Of a DNA stretch of 26,238 nucleotides, positions 17,062 to 25,279 are shown piece after piece (the first letter of the stretch is position 1; the number at the start of each line of letters is the position of its first letter). The stretch spans positions 1 to 26,238 of the forward strand of contig NZ_JAQFIQ010000033.1 of NCBI RefSeq assembly GCF_029504745.1, given 5' to 3'. Under the pieces are notes generated by a model, which made no database searches, had not been told where the DNA came from, and saw only the letters and a list, made by a program, of their open reading frames with translations. Position numbers and translations under genes: made by a program. The stretch comes from Breznakia sp. PF5-3. GTDB taxonomy: Bacteria; Bacillota_I; Bacilli_A; Erysipelotrichales; Erysipelotrichaceae.

Positions 17062-18003
17062 ATGTCATTCACCAGTGATGTGAAGAAAGAAATTTGTATG
17101 AATGAATTGAGCGAGTGTTGTAAGAAGGCGCAATTGAGTGCTTTTCTACAAATCAGTGCATCCTTGAACTTTACCAATGAAGGGATGCATATTACTTGTC
17201 AAAGTGAAAATGTATCCACAGCGAAGCATATTTATCAAATTGTTAAAGAATTATATCAAGTTGAAATTCAGTTATCGATTATTAAGAAGATGAAATTAAA
17301 GAAGAATAATATTTATGTAATTAAGATAAAGAATAAAGCTATGGATATTTTAAAGGATTTGGAAATTATTGGTGAGCATGGCTTAAATGATCATCCAAGT
17401 AGTCGTATTGTGAAGAAAGATTGTTGTATTCGTGCATATCTTTCAGGGGCATTTCTTGCCAGTGGTAGTGTGAATTCACCAGTAAAGAGTAATTATCATT
17501 TGGAGATAGCATGTTCAAATAAAAATTTGGCTAAGTATATCATGAAGCAAATGAATAAGTTTTATTTGATGGCAAAGCATATCAAACGTCGTAATCAAGA
17601 GGTTGTATATATTAAAGCAAGTGATAAAATTAGTGATTTTTTGAAATGTGTTGGAGCTAGTAGTGCATTGTTTTCTTTTGAGGATACGCGAATTCAAAGA
17701 GATTTTATGAATTCATTAACACGTCTTGATAATTGTGAACTGGCAAATGAGATGAAAACTTTAAAGGCAGCTCAAAAACAGTTAGAAGATATTGATCGCA
17801 TTGATAATTTTGTTGGGTTGGAAAGTTTACCTAAGAATTTATATGAAGTGGCAATTGTTCGTAAGGAGAATCCAGAGGCAAATCTAAATGAATTGTGTGT
17901 AGCTTATGAAGCTCGCTACAATGAACAAATATCGAAGTCGGGTATTCGTCATCGTTTGAATAAAATAAGAGACCTAGCACTCCAGTATAAGCATGAAGTG
18001 TGA
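17062..18003 (+). CDS. whiA: Sporulation/cell-division transcription regulator WhiA.
   Basis: The N-terminus is SFTSDVKKEI. It has degenerate LAGLIDADG-like repeats (YLSGAFLASGSVNSP) and a C-terminal HTH (ISKSGIRHRLNKI). ATG 17062 follows AAGGAG (17048-17053). The ORF track starts at GTG 17053. Confidence 0.9.
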   Translation: MSFTSDVKKEICMNELSECCKKAQLSAFLQISASLNFTNEGMHITCQSENVSTAKHIYQIVKELYQVEIQLSIIKKMKLKKNNIYVIKIKNKAMDILKDLEIIGEHGLNDHPSSRIVKKDCCIRAYLSGAFLASGSVNSPVKSNYHLEIACSNKNLAKYIMKQMNKFYLMAKHIKRRNQEVVYIKASDKISDFLKCVGASSALFSFEDTRIQRDFMNSLTRLDNCELANEMKTLKAAQKQLEDIDRIDNFVGLESLPKNLYEVAIVRKENPEANLNELCVAYEARYNEQISKSGIRHRLNKIRDLALQYKHEV

Positions 18004-18033
18004 TATGATAAATAGAAGAGAGGTAGATTTTTG

Positions 18034-18312
18034 ATGAGAGATTTGAGAGCGATTTTAATTGCAATATTAGGAGTAATTCTTTTTATTGCGTTGTTGCCAG
18101 CATTGATTTGGTTACTTGTTATTATCTTAATCATCATCGCAATTTTTAGTATTTATACAAGAGTTAAGTATAAACGGTTCATGAAAGATGTTCAGCAAGA
18201 TTTTGATAATGATTTCTTTAGAGAGAATGCAGATGAGAATAAACAAGATCATCGTATTGATTCAGATGTGATTGATGTTGAATATAGTGAAAAAGAAGAG
18301 GATGAATTATGA
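18034..18312 (+). CDS. Hypothetical small membrane protein with two predicted TM helices and a strongly acidic C-terminal tail.
   Basis: The N-terminal part, MRDLRAILIAILGVILFIALLPALIWLLVIILIIIAIFSIY, is followed by DFDNDFFRENADENKQDHRIDSDVIDVEYSEKEEDEL. The RBS AGAAGAGAGG lies at 18015-18024. The stop overlaps the next start (ATGA at 18309-18312). Confidence 0.55.
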   Translation: MRDLRAILIAILGVILFIALLPALIWLLVIILIIIAIFSIYTRVKYKRFMKDVQQDFDNDFFRENADENKQDHRIDSDVIDVEYSEKEEDEL

Positions 18313-19223
18313 TAGAGTATGGAGTGGAAAAGGACAAGGATGCGATTTTAGATTTATGTGTTGCAACCCATCCAGCGAAAGAAAAAGAGTTTTTAACTTA
18401 TTATTTTCATAATTTATATAATGAAGGAAAAAGTCTCTTGATTCGCGAAGATGATAAAATTATATCTTGTATGCAGTTAAAGGAACATGTCTTACAGTTT
18501 CATGATAAAGTATTACTTTGTTCTTATCTGTTTGGTATATCAACGCATATTGATTATCGATTACGTGGGTTTATGGATGAACTCATGCATTATGCTCTAG
18601 ATATTTGTAATCAAAACTATTTAATTACTTTTATCGAAGCATATAATCCAAAGTTATATAAAAAATATGGATTTGAAACCGTATCTTATCGTAAGAAATT
18701 TAGTATTGCAATTCAAGATATTAAAGTAAATAATTTAGAAGGTGTTACTTCAAATATTGACATTAAAGCAATGACAAGGTTGTATAAAGAATTTGCAACT
18801 CGATTTGATTGTTATTATTTGCGGGATGAAGCCTATTATAAAAAGTATGTAGAAACAATTCAACAAAATGGTGGAAATGTTGCAATGTATCGCAATCATC
18901 AAGGTGAAGTACAAGGATATTGTGTTTATTACGAAAAAGATGATTTAGTGGAAGTAAAAGAAATCATTTATTTAGATTCCATTACACTAATGAAATTATT
19001 AAAATATGCGATTAAGTTTATGCCATACATTAGTTTAGAAGTATCAAATAATGAAAAAATAGAAAAAGTATTTAAGAAGGCAGTACCAAGAACAAGTTCT
19101 TGTGTTATGGCGAGAATAAATCATTATCCTTTGTTTGAAAAGTTATATGATACAAAGATTAAAAATGTACAAGATGCATTTCAAGTATTAAAAAGACCAG
19201 TCTTAATTAACGAAAAGAACTAA
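18309..19223 (+). CDS. GNAT-superfamily acetyltransferase, Eis-like (N-terminal GNAT domain plus a C-terminal extension).
   Basis: The motif-A-like segment IDYRLRGFMDELMHYAL and YKKYGFE are GNAT hallmarks. The 304-aa length, with a second alpha/beta region, resembles the Eis / Acetyltransf_9-type architecture. This is assigned by eye only. Confidence 0.55.
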   Translation: MIEYGVEKDKDAILDLCVATHPAKEKEFLTYYFHNLYNEGKSLLIREDDKIISCMQLKEHVLQFHDKVLLCSYLFGISTHIDYRLRGFMDELMHYALDICNQNYLITFIEAYNPKLYKKYGFETVSYRKKFSIAIQDIKVNNLEGVTSNIDIKAMTRLYKEFATRFDCYYLRDEAYYKKYVETIQQNGGNVAMYRNHQGEVQGYCVYYEKDDLVEVKEIIYLDSITLMKLLKYAIKFMPYISLEVSNNEKIEKVFKKAVPRTSSCVMARINHYPLFEKLYDTKIKNVQDAFQVLKRPVLINEKN

Positions 19224-19231
19224 GTGTGTGT

Positions 19232-19272
19232 ATTCAACCAATGCGATGGTGGAACATAGGTTGAATGTTTTT
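19232..19272 (+). terminator. Probable terminator of the whiA-GNAT transcript.
   Basis: The stem is ATTCAACC (19232-19239) with GGTTGAAT (19259-19266), with a partly paired large loop, followed by GTTTTT. Confidence 0.5.
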
Positions 19273-19309
19273 AATCCTTTTATTAAATAATATGAGTTAG
19301 TTATATCAT

Positions 19310-19343
19310 AATGCCCCTTATTGAATTATACATAAGGGGCATT
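19310..19343 (-). terminator. GC-containing hairpin immediately downstream of the minus-strand PTS operon; a probable terminator.
   Basis: An 11-bp stem, AATGCCCCTTA (19310-19320) with TAAGGGGCATT (19333-19343), sits 2 nt after the EIIA stop. No clean U-tract is present on either strand. Confidence 0.5.
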
Positions 19344-19345
19344 GA

Positions 19346-19807
19346 TTAAAATTCGATTTCAATAATTTGATTTTTATCAACATTTGTATGCAATTTGTTA
19401 ATTTTAACTTTTTCTTTATTCGGAAATATAATAATGACTACAGGATTTAATCCTTTACTTACAATATAATCAATATCAAATGATCCGAGTTTGTTGTTTT
19501 GTTGAATGGAATTTCCTTGATTCACATACGATGAAAACCCTGTTCCATTCAAATTAACTGTGTCAATTCCAATGTGAATTAAAGTTTCTAGAGTATTGTT
19601 AACTAGTCCATAAGCATGGTTGGTTGGAAAGACTGCTTTTATCGTTGCATCATAAGGGGCATATATTTCGCCTTCTTCGGGGTTGATTGCAAATCCACTG
19701 CCCATCATACCACTGGCAAACACTTCATCCTTTACTTCCTCTAAAGGAATGAGTTTCCCCTTTACAGGAGAAGTAAAAGTGAATTTTTTCTTTGTAAAGA
19801 ATCCCAT
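19346..19807 (-). CDS. PTS glucose-family EIIA component.
   Basis: The product is 153 aa. It has GSGFAI.P and the phosphorylatable-His region LIHIGIDTVNLNG typical of EIIA-Glc. The start overlaps the upstream stop (TAATG). Confidence 0.9.
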   Translation of the reverse strand: MGFFTKKKFTFTSPVKGKLIPLEEVKDEVFASGMMGSGFAINPEEGEIYAPYDATIKAVFPTNHAYGLVNNTLETLIHIGIDTVNLNGTGFSSYVNQGNSIQQNNKLGSFDIDYIVSKGLNPVVIIIFPNKEKVKINKLHTNVDKNQIIEIEF

Positions 19808-21144
19808 TATTTTAGCTCTGGCCAGTATTCTTTGTTGGCAACAATATAATCATCTAAAAGTGCTCTTGCAACATTAGTGTTAACAACCGTACGGTTTAGT
19901 ACAAGTGCTTTCATTGCTTTTTGATAACTACCTTCCATATAGGCATCAACAGTTAGTTTTTCATATGCATATTGATTTTCCATCATTCCTTTATAGAAAG
20001 TTGGAACCTCACCAATGGTTAATGGTTCTACTCCATGGGTTCCTACACGGCAAGGAATTTCAACCATCATATTACGGTCAAGATTTTCAATAGAACCTTT
20101 GTTTTCAGTAATAATTAGGAAAATTTCTTTTGTGTTGTTGGCCAATGCTGTTGCTAAGTCCACAATATATTCAGCATGACAACCAGCGTCTGGATCTATA
20201 TCATATTCTGTACCTTTGACATGACCAAGTTCTACCACTTTTTCTAAGTAAGCATATGTATCCTTTTCATTTCCATCCATAACTTCATTTGCACGAGTAT
20301 ATTCAGGATTTGATTTTTTATACATTTTATTTGGATATAAATAGTATTGAAGATAAGTGTTTGGTAAATATTCATCGTAATCACTAATCATTTGACTTAA
20401 GAACTGAAAAGTTGATTTCCATGATGGTTCTTCAAACAATGCTTCAGTTTTAAATTCAAATGGTTGTTTCAAACGTTCTCTCAATTCAGGTAAATAGTCA
20501 TGCCCTGTTTTGGTATCATAGATATGTGTAAACCAACCAAAGTGATTTAATCCAAAATAACGTGGTTCAAAATCTTTTCTAGTTTTACCTAATACATTAG
20601 CATACATATCCATAATAGCAATTGGCATATCACAAATGTTGATAATTTTATGATCATCTTTAAAAATGCGTTTTGTTGCTTCTGCGACAATAGCAGCAGG
20701 ATTTGAATAGTTTAAGATCCAAGAGTCTGGGGAATATTTGCGAATGTCTTTAATAATTTCAACAACCGCAGGAACACTTCTCATTCCATAAGCGAATCCC
20801 CCAGGGCCACATGTTTCTTGTCCAAGACAGCCATGTTTTAAGGCGATCTTTTCATCTGATTCACGCATTTCTAAACGTCCAGCACGAATTTGCATAAGTG
20901 CAAAGTCAATATCGCTAAAAGCCTCTTTAGCATCAGTTGTATATACAATTTCCTCCACTTCTGGATAGTAGTCTTTAAATAATATTTCTGTATATTTCCC
21001 CATTAACGCTTGACGTTCTTCCTCGTTATCATATAAAACAATTTTGCGTAATGGAAACCTTTCTTTTTGATTACATAGCATAGTTAACATATCAGGTGTG
21101 TAACGACTTGCTCCACCAACAATACATATTGAATATTTTTTCAT
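19807..21144 (-). CDS. GH4 6-phospho-alpha-glucosidase (MalH/GlvA/AglB type; NAD+ and Mn2+ dependent).
   Basis: The N-terminal Rossmann segment is SICIVGGASRYTPDML. The NICDMP cysteine motif and GLNHFGW are present. The product is 445 aa. Confidence 0.9.
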   Translation of the reverse strand: MKKYSICIVGGASRYTPDMLTMLCNQKERFPLRKIVLYDNEEERQALMGKYTEILFKDYYPEVEEIVYTTDAKEAFSDIDFALMQIRAGRLEMRESDEKIALKHGCLGQETCGPGGFAYGMRSVPAVVEIIKDIRKYSPDSWILNYSNPAAIVAEATKRIFKDDHKIINICDMPIAIMDMYANVLGKTRKDFEPRYFGLNHFGWFTHIYDTKTGHDYLPELRERLKQPFEFKTEALFEEPSWKSTFQFLSQMISDYDEYLPNTYLQYYLYPNKMYKKSNPEYTRANEVMDGNEKDTYAYLEKVVELGHVKGTEYDIDPDAGCHAEYIVDLATALANNTKEIFLIITENKGSIENLDRNMMVEIPCRVGTHGVEPLTIGEVPTFYKGMMENQYAYEKLTVDAYMEGSYQKAMKALVLNRTVVNTNVARALLDDYIVANKEYWPELK

Positions 21145-21145
21145 A

Positions 21146-22684
21146 TTAAACCTCTTTTCCTAACTTACGTTTCATTTCATCACTTACATCTTGTACATTC
21201 ATCCCAATAATAACTTGCACAACATTCCCTTTTAAAACGACGCCTTTACAATTTGATTGTTTAATCTTTTCTTCATCAATGATTGAAATATCATTTGTTT
21301 CAATACGTAGTCTAGTGAAACAGTTTTCAATAGATTTAATGTTTTCTGCTCCACCTATTCCTTCAACAATAATATCAATGTCTTTATCCCATGAAGTGGG
21401 AGTTTTAGAAGCATCAGAAATCACTCCATTTTCTGTGATTAATTCTCTTCCTGGAGTTTTGATATCAAAACGTTTGATCAGGAATGTAAATATAAAATAC
21501 CAAACAAAGATGGCAATGACTCCAACAATTAAAAAGATGTAAATTTTAGTAATGGAAGGATCTAATGGTAAATTGGAAATAAACATATCCAATAATCCAT
21601 AAATCATAAAGGTGCGAGAGCCTAGTATCCATAATAACATTTCAAATAATCCAGTTAATAAACTATGAACAAACCATAAGAATGGTGAGATGAAAATGAA
21701 CATAAAGTCAAATGGCTCTGTGATACCAGCAACTGCTGCGACAAACACAGATGGTAATAACATACTAATTGTAGTTTTTCTGTTTTCTGGTTTTGCAGTA
21801 CGAATAAATGCAAGAGCAATACCAATTACTCCAAATGCTTTCGCAAAACCAAAGGTAGCAAAACGAATGGACTCATCAATTACTGTTACTGCACTAGGGT
21901 TAGCCATTTCTGCATAGAAGATATTAGCAGCACCTTGATAGATGTTTCCGGCAATTTCTGCAGTTCCACCAAAACCAGTGAATGCAAATGGCATCCAAAG
22001 CATATGATGAAGTCCTGTAGGTATTAAGAAACGGTTACCGAAAGCATAAGCAAAGACCCCTAGTGGGCCAGCATCTTTCATAAATTGTGTAGTTACTGTA
22101 ATTGCATCATTTACATAAGGCCACACATAAGAAATGACAATTGCTAATATTAAAATAACTGGAATCATGATAATAAAAGCAAATCTTGATCCTCCATAAA
22201 TGCGAAACATATCACTAAATTCACGATTACCAAAACGGTTAAATACATAAGCATTGATACATCCAAGAATCATTCCTAAAAAGACTCCCATATCTGTTAC
22301 TTGAAACCCTAATACAATTCCTTGTCCAGTTCCAAACAATCCCATTGTCCCCGGCTCTGCTAACATACCTTGTGAAGTTAGCCAAGTGTTGTTTACTGAT
22401 AAAAACATTAAATATATAATAATTGAAATAAGTGCAGCATCTACTTTTTTAGTTTTTGCTAATGTAACACTCAATCCCACACAGAATACAAATGATAAGT
22501 TGTTTAGCATTGCATCCATCATTGATTTAATTAGACTCCCAACAAAAGCAATTGGTTCAGGCATAAAATCTAATTGTAAGATCGTTGCTAAAGCAATTGC
22601 GGTACCCATAACTGCTAAATACATAACAGGTTGTGTCATTGCTCTAGAAAATTTATTCATCAGTTCTAAAAATTTTTCTTTCAT
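21146..22684 (-). CDS. PTS alpha-glucoside/maltose-family EIICB component.
   Basis: The product is 512 aa and polytopic. A C-terminal EIIB domain carries the phospho-Cys motif ENCFTRLRI. It is the first gene of the EIICB-GH4-EIIA operon. Confidence 0.9.
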   Translation of the reverse strand: MKEKFLELMNKFSRAMTQPVMYLAVMGTAIALATILQLDFMPEPIAFVGSLIKSMMDAMLNNLSFVFCVGLSVTLAKTKKVDAALISIIIYLMFLSVNNTWLTSQGMLAEPGTMGLFGTGQGIVLGFQVTDMGVFLGMILGCINAYVFNRFGNREFSDMFRIYGGSRFAFIIMIPVILILAIVISYVWPYVNDAITVTTQFMKDAGPLGVFAYAFGNRFLIPTGLHHMLWMPFAFTGFGGTAEIAGNIYQGAANIFYAEMANPSAVTVIDESIRFATFGFAKAFGVIGIALAFIRTAKPENRKTTISMLLPSVFVAAVAGITEPFDFMFIFISPFLWFVHSLLTGLFEMLLWILGSRTFMIYGLLDMFISNLPLDPSITKIYIFLIVGVIAIFVWYFIFTFLIKRFDIKTPGRELITENGVISDASKTPTSWDKDIDIIVEGIGGAENIKSIENCFTRLRIETNDISIIDEEKIKQSNCKGVVLKGNVVQVIIGMNVQDVSDEMKRKLGKEV

Positions 22685-22733
22685 TATGTTCTCCTTTTTT
22701 TATAATACATCTGTCGACAATCTGTATATGTTC

Positions 22734-22761
22734 ATTATAAAGAATCATAAAATAGATACAA
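22734..22761 (-). promoter_or_regulatory. Candidate promoter of the PTS operon. On the minus strand it reads TTGTAT (22756-22761), a 16-nt spacer, then TATAAT (22734-22739).
   Basis: The hexamers were read on the reverse complement. An AAGGAG RBS precedes the ATG at 22684. An 8-bp palindrome, TGTCGACA, lies between the -10 and the RBS. Confidence 0.4.
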
Positions 22762-22777
22762 TTGATTCTAAGGGTTT

Positions 22778-22793
22778 GTAAACTAAGTAAACT
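22778..22793. repeat. Direct repeat GTAAACT-AA-GTAAACT just upstream of the PTS-operon -35.
   Basis: The 7-mer occurs at 22778-22784 and 22787-22793, a 9-bp register, in the RpiR-PTS intergenic region. Confidence 0.5.
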
Positions 22794-22828
22794 GATTGTG
22801 ACTTTTTTTACTAAAAAAGCAGAAGCAT

Positions 22829-23548
22829 TTAATCTTCTACTCCGTTTATGAAATTTTTTGAATAGGTACTTAATACCATTTCAATAAATATTAGTATTTT
22901 TGCTGTAAACAGATTCGGTTCATAGTGATCTTTTCCCACCCGTTTACTTTTCAATTGAATGGAAGTATGTGCCATTTTTGCAACCGGTGAGTTATTATCG
23001 GTTGTAAACGCAATAATATTAAAACCGTTTTCTTTCGCTTTGGTCATTTTCTCTAAGATTTCACCACGTGCTCCAGATTCTGATAAAACAATATATAAAC
23101 CAGAATGGAAACTTGGATTACTAAATGCTTCAAAGTGATAACAGAAGTTTGCGTTAAAATTAAATACCAATAATTTTTGAATAATGTAATCTCTTGCTGC
23201 ATCACAGAAACCTAAGGAATCAACTAATATCTTATCATTTTTATAATATCGTAATAATTCACTAATCATTTGAATGTATAAATTATAGGTTGAATCAAGT
23301 GCGAGTTGACCTAAGTCGTTAATTTCTAATGAATAACTATTTTTCTTAGAAGCTAATAACATATAGAACATTTCGCTATAACCTGAGTAACCAAGTTTTT
23401 TACATAATTTAATAATGGTTGCTTTTGATACAAAGCATTCATCTGCAATTATGGAAATATTAACTTTTTGTTTTAAATCAATGTATTTCCACAAGGTATT
23501 CATAATTAGGTTTTCAGTGTCTGTTAGTGATGTTTGATTGATATTCAT
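22829..23548 (-). CDS. RpiR/MurR-family transcriptional regulator (N-terminal HTH_6 domain plus a SIS sugar-phosphate-binding domain).
   Basis: The HTH segment is ISIIADECFVSKATIIKLCKKLGYSGYSEM. The C-terminal SIS-like segment is LYIVLSESGARGEI...NIIAFT. Confidence 0.85.
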   Translation of the reverse strand: MNINQTSLTDTENLIMNTLWKYIDLKQKVNISIIADECFVSKATIIKLCKKLGYSGYSEMFYMLLASKKNSYSLEINDLGQLALDSTYNLYIQMISELLRYYKNDKILVDSLGFCDAARDYIIQKLLVFNFNANFCYHFEAFSNPSFHSGLYIVLSESGARGEILEKMTKAKENGFNIIAFTTDNNSPVAKMAHTSIQLKSKRVGKDHYEPNLFTAKILIFIEMVLSTYSKNFINGVED

Positions 23549-23725
23549 AAAAAACCTCGCTCTCTACTTATTATAATCATGATTTGAAGAGAATGGAAAT
23601 ATCATTTTAAAATTCTCACAAAAAAGCAAATAGGAATACAGTAAATTGAAAATGTAGAAATAGAAAGATATATGAAAATAAGTATATTTGTATATGTTTG
23701 TCTTTTTGCGCAATATCTTTATCCA

Positions 23726-23745
23726 ATTTATTGTAATTTATTGTA
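23726..23745. repeat. Perfect tandem 10-bp direct repeat, ATTTATTGTA x2, upstream of the GatZ-like gene promoter.
   Basis: The units lie at 23726-23735 and 23736-23745 and continue as AT. They sit about 28 nt upstream of the extended -10 at 23771-23779, in the divergent RpiR / GatZ-like intergenic region. Confidence 0.6.
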
Positions 23746-23770
23746 ATGAAGTGTTGTTTCACTTTAAAGG

Positions 23771-23779
23771 TGCTATAAT
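23771..23779 (+). promoter_or_regulatory. Candidate extended -10 promoter (TGCTATAAT) for the GatZ-like gene.
   Basis: A TGnTATAAT motif lies 27 nt upstream of the ATG at 23807, with an AGGAGG RBS at 23793-23798. Confidence 0.45.
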
Positions 23780-23806
23780 GCACTTATATATTAGGAGGAT
23801 GTTAGA

Positions 23807-25123
23807 ATGAATGAAAATCCATTAAAGCAATTAGTGGCAAAACAAAAAGCGAATCAACCAATTGGAATATATTCTGCGTGTAGTGCTAATAAATATGTAA
23901 TAGAAGCAGTTATTAAGCGTGGGAAGCAAGACAATTCTTGCGTGTTAATTGAAAGTACAGCCAACCAAAGTGATCAATTTGGTGGTTATACGGGAATGAA
24001 ACCTATTGATTTTAGAAATTTTGTCTTAGACGTTGCGAAACAATATGATTTTGATGAACGTAAATTATTTTTAGGTGGTGATCATTTAGGTCCGTTGACT
24101 TGGACACATCTAAATGAAAAAGAAGCAATGAAAAATGCAGAAGATTTAATTACGCATTATGTTATGGCAGGTTTTACTAAGATTCATATTGATACGAGTA
24201 TGAAGGTTGCAGATGATGATCCAAATGAGCGTTTAAGTGATGAAGTGATTGCAAAACGTGGAGTATATCTTGCAAGTGTTGCTGAAGCAGCATATAAAGA
24301 ATTGTTGAAAGAAAATCCAAATGCGGTTCAACCAATTTATATCGTTGGTAGTGAAGTACCAATCCCCGGTGGTGTACAGGGTGATGGTGAAGGAATGCAA
24401 GTAACAAGAGTAGAAGATTTTAAAGCAACAGAAGCAGTGTTTGAAAAAGCATTCAAAGAAGCAGGATTAGAAAGTGCTTGGCAACAAGTCATTGGGTTTG
24501 TAGTACAACCGGGAATTGAAGAAAAAGATGCAGGGTGTACAGAATATGATCGTAAAAAAGCAAAAGACTTAATGGCATCCATTGATGAATATCCAAATCT
24601 TATTTTTGAAGGACATTCTAGTGACTATCAAACCAAAGAGAAATTGAAAGAATTAGTAGAAGATGGTGTAGGAATACTAAAAGTAGGACCAGGCTTAACT
24701 TTTATGGTACGTGAAGCACTTTTTGCTTTGGCACATATTGAAGAGGAATTGTTTTATAATACAGATGTGAAAACTAGTAATTTTATAAATGTATTAGATG
24801 AAGTAATGTTAGAAGATCCAAGCAGATGGCAAAAATACTATACAGGAAGTGAGAATGAAATTCGTATTAAAAGAAAATATTCTTTCTCTGATCGTTCGCG
24901 TTACTATATGCAAAATGATAAGGTGGAAGCTTCCATTCGTGTTTTAGTTGAAAACCTAAAAGATGGTATTCCATTAAACTTATTGAGCCAATTTATGCCT
25001 ATCCAATATACAAAAGTTAGAGAAGGCTTGTTGGATAATAATCCAGAAGATTTGATTCGTGATCGAGTAATCAATACAATTGATGAATACTTGTATGCAA
25101 CGAAACAAAAGGAATTGTTTTAA
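23807..25123 (+). CDS. GatZ/KbaZ/AgaZ-family protein. This is the class II tagatose-bisphosphate aldolase accessory subunit / tagatose-6-phosphate 4-epimerase-like family.
   Basis: The product is 438 aa. IGIYSACSAN, ESTANQSDQFGGYTGMKP.DFR and LGGDHLGP align with my memory of the E. coli GatZ N-terminal region. No GatY/KbaY-type catalytic aldolase gene is present in the window. Confidence 0.85.
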   Translation: MNENPLKQLVAKQKANQPIGIYSACSANKYVIEAVIKRGKQDNSCVLIESTANQSDQFGGYTGMKPIDFRNFVLDVAKQYDFDERKLFLGGDHLGPLTWTHLNEKEAMKNAEDLITHYVMAGFTKIHIDTSMKVADDDPNERLSDEVIAKRGVYLASVAEAAYKELLKENPNAVQPIYIVGSEVPIPGGVQGDGEGMQVTRVEDFKATEAVFEKAFKEAGLESAWQQVIGFVVQPGIEEKDAGCTEYDRKKAKDLMASIDEYPNLIFEGHSSDYQTKEKLKELVEDGVGILKVGPGLTFMVREALFALAHIEEELFYNTDVKTSNFINVLDEVMLEDPSRWQKYYTGSENEIRIKRKYSFSDRSRYYMQNDKVEASIRVLVENLKDGIPLNLLSQFMPIQYTKVREGLLDNNPEDLIRDRVINTIDEYLYATKQKELF

Positions 25124-25205
25124 AAACGATTGTTGTGATTAAAAGGCGGTACTTAGCAAAGATGCAAATATCGTCTTTTTAATTTTGTTATATAATAAAA
25201 TCTGC

Positions 25206-25236
25206 TTGACTGTCCAGCTACTGTATAGTCTATAAT
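25206..25236 (+). promoter_or_regulatory. Candidate promoter for the Cof-type HAD gene: TTGACT at 25206-25211 and TATAAT at 25231-25236.
   Basis: The hexamers are near consensus, but the spacer is 19 nt. Confidence 0.35.
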
Positions 25237-25279
25237 GAGAAGTACTTATTTTGTAGAGGTGTTTGGAGGTAAAGCAGTT

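Noticed and set aside
21279-22781. Three plus-strand ORFs (21279-21542, 21690-21917 and 22386-22781) lying opposite the PTS EIICB gene.
   Set aside because: They are antisense shadows of a clearly recognisable EIICB CDS. None has an RBS or a recognisable motif. The last one runs into the promoter region without a plausible start context.
22802-22819. The hairpin CTTTTTT-TACT-AAAAAAG downstream of the RpiR stop, considered as a possible terminator.
   Set aside because: The stem is almost entirely A-T with a single G-C pair, which is too weak to call. Read-through from RpiR into the PTS operon cannot be excluded.
25235-25279. The upstream ATG (25235), which the ORF track uses as the start of the Cof-type HAD gene.
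   Set aside because: It sits inside the candidate TATAAT box and lacks an RBS. ATG 25280 has a GGAGG RBS 10 nt upstream and places the DxD motif at the usual distance from the N-terminus.
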